A model generated the notes under the pieces. That model was not told the origin of the DNA, searched no databases, and saw nothing but the letters and a program-made list of their open reading frames with translations. A program made the position numbers and the translations under genes. A stretch of DNA of 64,000 bases, taken from NCBI GenBank assembly GCA_051362555.1, contig CM120642.1, forward strand, positions 24,862,001-24,926,000, given 5' to 3'. This document shows, piece after piece, positions 36,001 through 47,023 of the stretch; the first letter of the stretch is position 1, and every line of letters begins with the position of its first letter. The stretch comes from Lingula anatina. Lineage: Eukaryota > Animalia > Brachiopoda.

Positions 36001-39000
36001 CAACATTGAATCATGGCTGAGTTAAAAGAGATCAAATGTTAAATAAGGTCAAAATTGAGACATCATCAGGAAAGTTGAATAGAGGTCAAATTTGAGTCAT
36101 TTTCTGGAAAAAAAACAATAAAGCTAATTATTTTACATAGCACTTGAACTTAGATTATGTTTCTTTAGGGTAAGTTGTCCGTTTCAATTATTTCATGAGA
36201 ATTTATTTTAAAGTTTGTTAATTTTAAAATGCATTTCTTACAGCAGAGGGGTTCAGCATAATTGCCAAAAATTGGGGGTAGGGAAAAATCTGTTCATAGT
36301 AGGGGATTTTAAGTAAGATGTGGCTATGATTTATGTATCATTCTGAAGCTGAAGGGTTGTTCAAAATACATCAGAAATAAATGTTATTTAAAATTGAGAC
36401 ATGGTGAGGCTTAATGGGGTGCAAGATCAAATTAGGTAAATTTGTAGGCATTTCTAGGAATGTAAACCAATACAATTTATATTATTTATACTTGACTTGA
36501 ACCTAAAATATGTTTTTTAGACACATGTCCATCCCTATTACAAGGACTTGATGGAATATTTGGATTTTTTTACAATAAGTGAGTACTGCAGATGGGATCA
36601 GTTCAATTGCATAAAAAATGGAGACAGGGAAAGGACACCCATCATAGTAGGGAATTTGATTAAGATTTACCTTAGATATATCACTGTGCAGCCAAAATGT
36701 TGCTCATAACATATAAATAACACATTTTATGTAAACGTTAATCATATGTCTTCATAAAATGGGATCAAATGTTAAATGAGGTCAACTATGAGGCATTTGT
36801 AAGAAAACAAATAAAAAATATAGCAGTTAAATTCTACAGAGAGGAATATGATTTGTAGACTAAGATATATCTGGGATAGCATTAGCTATTTTTTTTTTTT
36901 TCGCTTAGCCAAATCACCACATTTTTGTCAATTTGTTACCAAAATAGATATAATTTGGCTAAAACATGTCAAATCAAGCCCTTTTTCTTTAGCCAATTTA
37001 AGTCAGTTTTAGCAGTTGGCTAAAATGGCGAGTGCTAGCACTACCCCAGTATATATATATATTGGTTAAGTTCATATGTTTTACAATGATTTGATGGGGG
37101 TATGTGAGTTTATTTTACAGTAGGTGAGATATAAAACCTACTATACAAGCACTGCAGATGGGTTTAATTCAATTGTCGGGGAAAAAAACGGGGGGAGAGG
37201 AGAAAAATCCATATCATTTGATATTTATTCTTAAAACAAAATATACAGTATACTCCTACATTACTTAAATGCTTAGAGGGACCATTCAGCAACACAATGA
37301 TATATAAACTATAGTTATATCTTACTTAATTCCCTTACTATTAATGATTTCCTTCTCCTAGCTGCCCCCATTTGTGGGCAATTGAACTAAGATCCCCCTA
37401 CAGTACATATACTAATAAGTTGTATCATTCATAAATATCAGAAACTCTAAAATAAAGTATTTAAACACCATGAAATTTTTGTACCAAAAATTTAATTTAT
37501 CAAAGATATCCAAAAATCCTAATTTGAACTCATGTTCTCTGAATAAAGAAACTTGACTGCTTCATATATGAGTCCTCATTTGACAGTTTTCCCCTTTTTA
37601 CACAGACATCATTCAATTTTACATAAAATTTGCAATTTAAATGTTTAGAACAACCCTTCAGGTATATTATGATATACAAATCACAGTTATACCTTACTTA
37701 GAATACCTCCTATGAGTGATGTCCTTTCCCTGTCCCCACTTTATGGCAATTTAACTGAACACTTCTAAAGTACTGGTATCAGACATAGATCTAAATGCTG
37801 TAAAATGAATTCCCGAAACCCTGTTAAATAACTAAGATTTAAACTGTATTTACCAATCATACTCTAAGAAAACATTTTCTACGTTCAATATTTCTGCTTA
37901 AAGAAAAATTCTATTGGGTGATTTCTTTTTTTTTTTTTTTTTTGAAAATGACTCAGTTTTGACCTTATTGGACCGTTGACCACCTTTAACTCAGCCACGT
38001 TTCAATGTTACTTAACTTTTATTATTTATTGGATGTTTAGAGCTCTCCTTCAGCAACATAATGATATATAAATCAATGTCATATCTTAATCAAATCCTAT
38101 ACTAAGAATGATTTCCTTCCCCTACCCCCATTTTTGGCAATTGAACTTAACACACCCCCCAACCTTTATTGTATCATTCATTTTGATAAATCTTCCAAAA
38201 TGTAAAATTAAGTCTCAATAGACCATAAAACATTTGCTATATAAATAGGATTTGTACAATTTACTCCAAATATATACTGTGGGCTCTTATCCTCTAAAGG
38301 AACAAACTTTATTGGCATGTTTTCCTGAAATTTTCTTAAATTTGACCTCGTTTGACCTTTGACCCCATTTTACTCCATAATGGTGTAGTATTACATAATT
38401 TTATTACTTATGTGTTTAGAGGAACTTCTTAGCTATGCAATGATATTTGAATCATTGTTATATTTTACTTAAATTTCAAGTTATGATTGATTTTCTTCCC
38501 CTACCCCCACTGATCTGAAATTTAACGGATACTCCCATATGCTAATCATATCCATCATAATTATCACAAACTGTAAAACTAAGTCACAAATGACCATTAA
38601 ACATTTGTAATATAGATGGGATTTATAAAATATACCCTTAAAAGTATGTTGTTGGCTCACATTCTCTATACAGATAAACTTTATTGCTTTATTTTTCTGA
38701 AAATTTCTCAAATTTGACCTCATTTGACCTTTGACACCATTTTACTTAGACATGGTTCAGTATTACATAACTTTTATTACTTGTATTTTTAGAGCAACCC
38801 TTTACCTACATAATGATATATAAACCATTCTTATATCTTATTTAAATTGCAAACTATAGATAATTTTCTTCCCCTACCCCCATTATTTCAAATGCGGTTA
38901 TTTGAGCGACAGGGTGTTACATATCATTAAATTAAAACCCCATGGGACATTTTTTCACTCTGGGAACATCTAGAAATCAAAAATTTAGACATCAAGGGTT

Positions 39001-39455
39001 AAGAAAATATAGGTATCCACTGTTTTTCACGGGGTTGCACGTGAACCCCTCCTTCCCACCAGACTATAACCTTTGAAAAAAATCGCCCACACGCAGACAA
39101 ACGAAATGATGTTCGTTAGACTTACTTCGTGTTCGTCTCGAATGCGCAGACAAACGTTGGTGTGCGTTCTCATACACGGATGGAGATAAAATAAGTCTTG
39201 GGCATGTTCAAAAATTTTCATTTGCTGCTTTTATGTTTATTTTAATACGCTGGAAATAAGGGTGTTTCATGTGCTCAAAGTTGTGCGTATAATCGCTTTT
39301 AGGTACGACAGTTTTTCACGCTAGGTGTGGCAGAACCTTTAGATGGACTAAGGTTTTTTAAACGGTATCTGTAAACGAACTACTTTCACGAACGCGTAAG
39401 CTTGCATATGTTAAAGAAATATGTTTACTGGAAGACAGGACTGACGAAGCACACA

Positions 39456-39498
<43 letters not shown>

Positions 39499-42400
39499 TT
39501 ACTCTATCAAAAACTTAATGTAGACTTGAAATCCTCACTTTAATTCCCTCCATGTCCCTAAAACTGTGGTCCAACACCGGGAATGGGTCGCCATTCCTCG
39601 TCCACCTAGGTATAAGAGTTACACATTTCAGAGTTTAAATATGTTGCAAGCACGTCTCAAACCGCATTTAGACAGTTTCAATTGTAAAGGTGTAAATCTA
39701 AACTTCGCTTGATTGCACACCCACCCACCCACCTCTCTGTAATCCGTCAGTTACATTATCCCGATCCCCTGCCGGTTCAGTTTGCTGATCCCTTTATTTG
39801 GGGATTACTTTTGGGATTACATCGAATAATTTCTACTTCTTCGACTAACTACTAGGAGTAACTTTCTCAAGTTAAAACTAGAAGAGTTTATCTTTTAAAT
39901 TGTCTAAACACGGCGTCACTCATATAGAGGTCAACCTGTGTGATCCAGGCACGTATTGAATACAGCCATTCTCCTCCGTCTGGTCGTCCAGTGCAATGTG
40001 GACCTGCATAGGAGATAATGCATGAATATAAAATGATTTGCACTGTTTATTACTCACTTATGCTTTTAAGATGTAGATCTCTTCATAGAAAAGCTATCAT
40101 GTCTGGCACATTAAATTTTTTACATCTCCATGCATCATATCATAATGTAATATACAGGGTTGCTACTTAATATGGAATATTTTTTATCATTGTTATTTTT
40201 GAGTGCTGATTGAATTTTTTTTGGCTTGAATCATTAAAAAAGTATGTCACTGAGTGATAATAACATCCAGTCTTCTGTTGTGAGATATTTTGGTCAATAA
40301 TATCAAATCTGACATTAGGTGCCATTCAAAAGAAAGGAACACCCCCAGAAAACCATATCAACAGTTTGATGTCAGTATAAACTTTAAGATAAGATATTAA
40401 AGAAAATGATAGCCTCCGGACAGTGATATGTTACACAGACAAAGAACTCACTACAGTAAATCATGAAAAGTCAGTAATTGCGGGTATGACCTCCAGCAGC
40501 CGCTTGCAGCGCCCTCATCCCACATGGCATACCCTGTGACACGTTTTTTAGAGTTTTGGTGGGGATTTCATTCCACACAGTGATATTTGCCTATCGCAGT
40601 TTATCACTATTTACCGGCCGAGGACCCTGGCTATTAATTCTGTGAGTTACATCCGCCCACAGATTTGCAATTGGGTTCATATCTGGAGAGTTTGCATGCC
40701 AGGGCAGTTGCTGAACACATTGGTTTTGAAGAAAAACAGTGATTCTGCGGCCTCGATGTGGGGTTGCGCAGTCGTCTCGGTACACAAAGTTGTTCCTGAA
40801 GATGACTCTTACCAATCGAAGCATTGTTTGCTGTATAATGTCTCTGTAGGAATCCTGGATGAGGTTGCCTCCTAGAAAAACCAACTGGTTCTGGGCACCG
40901 ACATGAAATGCTCCCGAAACAGAGACGTTACCATCCCCTGCTTGCACCCTAGGCAGTACACAATCATTGTTTTATGCCCCTCGTACACGTCCGTGGACAC
41001 GGATTCGATGATCAACCCTAAAAAATCCATATCTGGCCTCATCACTGAAAACGACGTGATTCCAGTGTTTTGCCTGCAAAAGCACGTGGTCCCCAGCCCA
41101 TTGCAGACGTTGCTGTATATGACCTGCTGTTAACAGTGGTTTTTCTACTGGCCTTCGTGCAAAATAACCGGCTTGCAGAAATATCTTGTTCACGTGGGAC
41201 CTTGAAACGGGCGTTTGAAAGACATTCTGCCTCTCTTTTCTGAGGACACTGGTTTTCTTTGTACGACCAGCACGGCGTCCTCTAAGGAGATGGCAATCCT
41301 GTCTTCTTGGTGTGATACGCGGATACCCTGGTCGAGGTATTGGAGTAGGTGTCCCTGTTGCAGCATTTCTTTGGAGGACATCACAAACGGTTCCTGATAA
41401 ATGTTGAATTACCTGGCAATGGCTGTCCGTTTCTGGTCATTTTCTCTGAGAGCAAGAATCCCATAGTAAGCTGCGTTGCTTAGCTGTCGAACCATATCTT
41501 CATTAAGGTACCTGTCAAGTTTCAGAGCGATCCCTTTGTTGCTTCTCTAAACACACCTCAAAGATTGACCAAACCCATGGGTTTTTATACAATGGCAGAA
41601 ATTGCCGAAAAGACCACCCCTCACATTTCTGACCACAGTACATGCAACTGCATGCATCAATTGTTTCGAGAGTTGTGTGGTAATGAGGTTACACACCTGG
41701 CTACGCATGGAGTGACACCTCAGCTTTGGATTTAAAGTAGTTAGAGAGAAATTAAATATTTTGTAGAAAATTTACTCGCCAAAAAAGAATATTCCATATT
41801 TAGTGGTAACCCTGTAAATATCATAGAATATTTTGGGGTATGTTGGAACAACACGTAGCTCTAGTATTTTCCATAATATTCCTGCAATGCTAAGTTTATT
41901 TTATTGTTTTTATTGCATAACATTTCATGAACTCATTTGAAAATTGTTCGGTCTGAATAAAAACCTTTACCATCTTTTGCCGTCAAAAGCTGCTCTGCGG
42001 GACCTCGAATTTCGTTGATTTTTTTTACAAATAGTTTTATGTCACAACTGGTGTTTCTGTGTTTTAAAAAAGTCATATTTAATTTAGCTGTCTAAATTGA
42101 TGAAATTGTCGCATTGGCATGATGGAAATTTATTTACGAGTGGAATATGACAGGGTGTAGAACGAACTTAAGTGTTTTGAAAAATGTATGTATAATACTC
42201 TTACCGTTATGTGCTTCATTGGCTTTGTTCTCACCCAGTAGGAATAGTCTTGGTGCCTTATAAATAAAATATATAGAGTCTCATACACGTATATTTCCCA
42301 ACGTATAAAGGCTTCTTTAATATAGAAAATATTTCAATAAGTGCTATTATACAAATGTTCATATTTGATGAAATATTTATAGCTGAAATGAAGATTTTGA

Positions 42401-42892
42401 GTGATGGTATTAATTTTTATATGAAATGCTCAGATATAGTCAATAAATGTATCTTTTCACAGTATATCTTAACTATATATCTTATATATTGAAATATGAT
42501 CTATCAGTTAAAGGATAACGTTTGAACAATAGCAACCAAACAAGCCATACTATTTCATTGCTATCTGAGCTACGAACGAGACCCTCACCATGCCACCACG
42601 CCTCCATGCCTTGGAGGTTTCAAGAACAACTGGTCTGTCCATAGCCTCACGGCCGCCTCTGGGCAACTTTCGTCCACAAGTTGGGAAGCTGGAACCTAAA
42701 AGGCACAACGAGCACTACCCAAACCTCATTGTAACAAGTGTCCCATCAAACGACTTGCTATATCTTAGGAAGTGTCCTCTATGATATAATATATACATAG
42801 GGCCTACTGGTCTTTTTTTAATATTAAAAAAATTATTCTATTTAAAAATATATATCTCACACTCGACTCCCCCTGTCGAGACTATGAAAAAG

Positions 42893-42946
<54 letters not shown>

Positions 42947-43263
42947 GCACTTACCACAACTTGAGGTAAAAACACCAGGTCGTGTAAAGCCTTGGTCAAT
43001 CGCCAGTGGCCAAGCACGTGCATGACCACGTTGTTCGGGTCATTGCATTGGTTGGCATGGAACTCATACAGCATAGCGTGACCAGGATGACGGGCACGTG
43101 GATCCTGTATCATCAATTGATTTAATCGTGTCCATTATTGCAGTTTTTTAAAGTTTACATAGATGCAGTTTTCTTTTGTAAATAAAGTGATTTTTATCAT
43201 TAGTTTTTTTGGGTGTAATATCTATCTTTATGAAAGAAACTATCTTGTAGTCAACTTATTATA

Positions 43264-43303
<40 letters not shown>

Positions 43304-44401
43304 TAGTATATTATAGTATTATAGTGGACGCCGTTGCGTTTTCTTTGGGGAGACTTTATTCAGTCGGTCTAGAAATGCAACGCTATCAACTTAAATAAAT
43401 TTACGTTATAAATTGTACACTGTAAGTAACAGGTTCAGTTGTGCCCAAGTAAAAACGAAACACATACCTAAACTTTCAAAACATGTCATAATACGCACCA
43501 TGAAATATTTGAAGTCTTCTAAAATTTTGTCACATTGCTCTTCTGTGAGGAGCGGCACGTGTAGCAGGAATCCATCTCGCCGAAACTGGTCCACCTGGTC
43601 TTGGCTCCACTTGAATTTATTCCATTCATTTTTGTCCTGTTAAGTGAACTACATATACTTATACTCCGTTACTTTAATTCTGGGTAATGTTGTATGTAAT
43701 GGCAATCATCCGAGAAAGCCTAAAACGGGGCTGTGGGCTCTACATGCCGTCATAGAAGACTAGTAAACGTTTTGCAATCCGCATGATGTGGGGTTAACTT
43801 TGCAGCCATAATGGTACGTTAGTACAGGCTAAGACTAGTGAAAAAAAACGGAAAGCAGTCCCGACGAAAACTTCAAAGGTACATGTAATAAAATATGACA
43901 CTCGGCGAAAGGCGGAAGTTAGCAGTCGTGTAATTTGCAAGCGTAGCTGATGTCGTTTCGTATATGTCTGGGGTTTTAAGGCATATTTAAGCCATATTTT
44001 TCAGGTTAGTAATTACTCTGAAAATATAGGCGCAGAATTCACAACTGACACGTGTCATCGTAGACAATATATAAAGTGTTTTGTGAGAGATTTAAACGTA
44101 TATTTGTGCCTTTAAAGCTTCCCGACAATCAAATTTGCAGCATGGCTCGGGCCCCATGGTACTGAATGAGGAGTTAAAGTTACCGATTTATTCAAGATGT
44201 GGTTTTCTTATACATTGGCTTTAATGTAATTAGCTCATACATGTACATTTAAGTAGGCTGTGGTTATTTAGTCAGAAATGGGTTCCCTATGGCCATTACC
44301 TTCACTGGAGGGAATAACTCTCCCGTCGGCTCGTGCACAGTGGACCAATCCAATATCCCAGGGGAAAATTCTCGGGGCTGCTGCGACATAGACGCGGACA
44401 T
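32969..44401 (-). CDS. Phytanoyl-CoA dioxygenase (PhyH)-family 2OG-Fe(II) dioxygenase, 335 aa, 10 exons
   Basis: Exons 44401-44300, 43636-43499, 43104-42955, 42695-42589, 42256-42205, 40003-39936, 39605-39539, 34038-33926, 33368-33218 and 33028-32969 total 1008 nt in frame, all GT-AG. Motifs [27 protein letters not shown] (HxD), HIALDD...[14 protein letters not shown]...TVHGS..N and PRRA are PhyH hallmarks. Confidence 0.93.
33447..33618. mobile_element. ~170-bp MITE (hAT-like termini)
   Basis: TIR CAGGCCCGTAGCCAG / CTGGCTACCGGCCTG; ACTTA directly repeated on both flanks. Confidence 0.7.
34210..39066. mobile_element. 4.86-kb non-autonomous foldback DNA transposon (Academ-like termini) in a PhyH intron
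   Basis: Ends TAGTCTGGTGGGAAGG...CCTTCCCACCAGACTA with a TAA duplication. Arms are near-identical for over 500 bp (mirror ORFs 34553-34795 and 38481-38723). The interior consists of ~370-bp subrepeats (GGGGTAGGGGAAGAAAAT; GTCAAAGGTCAAATGAGGTCAAA) that decay towards the centre. No transposase seen. Confidence 0.88.
40155..41814 (-). mobile_element. Degenerate Tc1/mariner (DD34E-type) transposon, 1.66 kb
   Basis: TA|CAGGGTTGCTACTTAATATGGAATAT ... ATATTCCATATTTAGTGGTAACCCTG|TA. Frameshifted transposase pieces: [11 protein letters not shown]...[31 protein letters not shown] (catalytic E replaced by A). Confidence 0.92.
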
Positions 44402-45039
44402 GGCAGAAGATTGTTGCGGTTTTGCTCTCTTATCTTGGGCGCAAGATATATATAACTGTATTATCTAACCTAGTGGCCCAAATGTTATCCTGTAATATGC
44501 GTTCCTATAGTAGATTTCAAACTCAAGGTGTCGAGCAGAGATATCACCCATCGCTTAAAGGTACATACGAACCGAGCGTGGATTCCCAGTAACAAATATA
44601 AACCACTTCTACTAGTTTCTTATATGACTCAAATAAATTCGACATGCCAAGTAGTCTAAAGGGATAAACTGAATAGATCACTCGATCAGCCATAAAAGAC
44701 TTAAATTTTTTGGTCAAAAATTTAACCTACTTTCGTTACCTACTTTTCTGCCCCATTGACATACAGAATGCTAGCAGAAAAATCCGTTCAAACGTCATTT
44801 TCGGGTAAAATTAAGCAATGCCTTTTGGCAATTCTCTTAGTAAAGAGAACTAGAGGATCAGAGAGGCGATACCGCCTCCGAATATTGTACCACCAGCTGG
44901 AGCAAGCGCATTCGTATAGACCCCCACATACACAAAATAAGGGGTGCAGCCACCAGTCTTGTGCTTGACAAGCTGTAAAAATGCAATCAACAAGAATTTT
45001 CAAAATATGCAAAAAATATATATAACTAAAAATGGTGCA

Positions 45040-46488
45040 ATCAAAGTTAAGTTCATTGTAAGGTAGGTCAAAGGTCAATTTCAAGGTCACAGTAAATTGC
45101 CAGTATATGACTTCCTATCCAACTTCAATAGTAACTATGGACCTATCTCTGCCAGTTTTGGAGATAAAAGGGAAGCAAAATTTGCAAAGTTCAGTTCATG
45201 GTGAAAAGTAGGTCAAAGGTCAATTTCAAGGTCACAGTAGGATTGCCAGTATATGACTTCCTATTCAACTTCAATAGTAACTATGGACCTATCTCTGCCA
45301 GTTTTGGAGATAAAAGGGAAGCAAAATTTGCAAAGTTCAGTTCATGGTGAAAAGAAGGTCAAAGGTCAATTTCAAGGTCACAGTAAAATTGCCAGTATAT
45401 GACTTCCTATGCAAGTTCAATAGTAACTATGGACCTATCTCTGCCAGTTTTGGAGATAAAAGGGAAGCAAATTTTGCAAAGTTCAGTTCAAGGTGAAAAG
45501 TAGGTCAAAGGTCAATTTCAAGGTCACAGTAAAATTGCCAGTATATGACTTCCTATTCAAGTTCAATAGTAACTATGGACCTATCTCTGCCAGTTTTGGA
45601 GATAAAAGGGAAGCAAAATTTGCAAAGTTCAGTTCATGGTGATAAGTAGGTCAAAGGTCAATTTCAAGGTCACAGTAAGATTGCCAGTATATGACTTCCT
45701 ATTCAACTTCAATAGTAACTATGGACCTATCTCTGCCAGTTTTGGAGATAAAAGGGAAGCAAAATTTGCAAAGTTCAGTTCATGGTGAAAAGTAGGTCAA
45801 AGGTCAATTTCAAGGTCACATTTAGATTGCCAGTATATGACTTTCCTATTCAACTTCAATAGTAACTATGGACCTATCTCTGTCAGTTTTGGAGATAAAA
45901 GGGAAGCAAAATTTGCAAAGTTCAGTTCATGGTGAAAAGAAGGTCAAAGGTCAATTTCAAGGTCACAGTAAAATTGCCAGTATATGACTTCCTATGCAAG
46001 TTCAATAGTAACTATGGACCTATCTCTGCCAGTTTTGGAGATAAAAGGGAAGCAAATTTTGCAAAGTTCAGTTCAAGGTGAAAAGTAGGTCAAAGGTCAA
46101 TTTCAAGGTCACAGTAAAATTGCCAGTATATGACTTCCTATTCAAGTTCAATAGTAACTATGGACCTATCTCTGCCAGTTTTGGAGATAAAAGGGAAGCA
46201 AAATTTGCAAAGTTCAGTTCATGGTGATAAGTAGGTCAAAGGTCAATTTCAAGGTCACAGTAAGATTGCCAGTATATGACTTCCTATTCAACTTCAATAG
46301 TAACTATGGACCTATCTCTGCCAGTTTTGGAGATAAAAGGGAAGCAAAATTTGCAAAGTTCAGTTCATGGTGAAAAGTAGGTCAAAGGTCAATGTCAAGG
46401 TCACAGTAAGATTGCCAGTATATGACTTCCTATTCAACTTCAATAGTAACTATGGACCTATCTCTGCCAGTTTTGGAGATATAAGGGA
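45040..46488. repeat. Tandem array of ten 146-bp units
   Basis: G(T/A)AGGTCAAAGGTCAAT recurs at 45063, 45208, 45354, 45500, 45646, 45792, 45939, 46085, 46231 and 46377. Confidence 0.97.
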
Positions 46489-46731
46489 CTAAATGTTATA
46501 ATTTTGGAGTTACCATAATGTGCCATAAATTTCCTACAGAAAAAATTAATTAAAATAAAGAAAAGGTCATTTTGGTCAAAGTTCTTGAAATGGGAGGTTC
46601 TCTGAAGTTGCAGAAGTTTAAATTTGATAAAATAATGTCATTTTTGACCACAAGTTGTCTGCTTTGCCAAGCATTATGTTTTATTTTTCCGGAGTTCAAA
46701 ATTTATTATCCATTACCGTACTGCACATTTT

Positions 46732-47023
46732 TACGGAAGCCGACTGGTGCCATATGTTGAAAAAAAAAATTATCTCGAAATTTCGAGATAGCATTTTTTT
46801 TGTTCAAATTTCAAAATACTATCTCGAAATTTCGAGATAAATTTTTTTGCTCAAATATCAAAATGCTATCTCGAAATTTCGAGATAATTTTTTTTTTGTT
46901 CAAATTTCAAAATGCTATCTCGAAATTTCGAGATAAAAATTTTTTTTGTTCAAATTTCAAAATAGTATCTCGAAATTTCGAGATAATTTTTTTTTCTACA
47001 TATGGCACCAGTCGGCTTCCGTA
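46732..47023. mobile_element. 292-bp MITE with IS3EU-like ends, nested in the HINE
   Basis: 26-bp TIR TACGGAAGCCGACTGGTGCCATATGT and a 6-bp CATTTT duplication. The interior has five ~49-bp units, each with the perfect palindrome TATCTCGAAATTTCGAGATA. Confidence 0.8.

Noticed and set aside
34553-38723. Twin 80-aa ORFs on opposite strands
   Set aside because: They are mirror images within the foldback arms and have no domain features.
45040-46488. Regular repeat array as a possible CRISPR
   Set aside because: Units are identical end to end with no unique spacers, there are no cas genes, and the context is eukaryotic.
46771-46990. Spaced 20-bp palindromes as a CRISPR or operator array
   Set aside because: The intervening sequences are near-identical, and the block lies inside a MITE with TIRs and a TSD.
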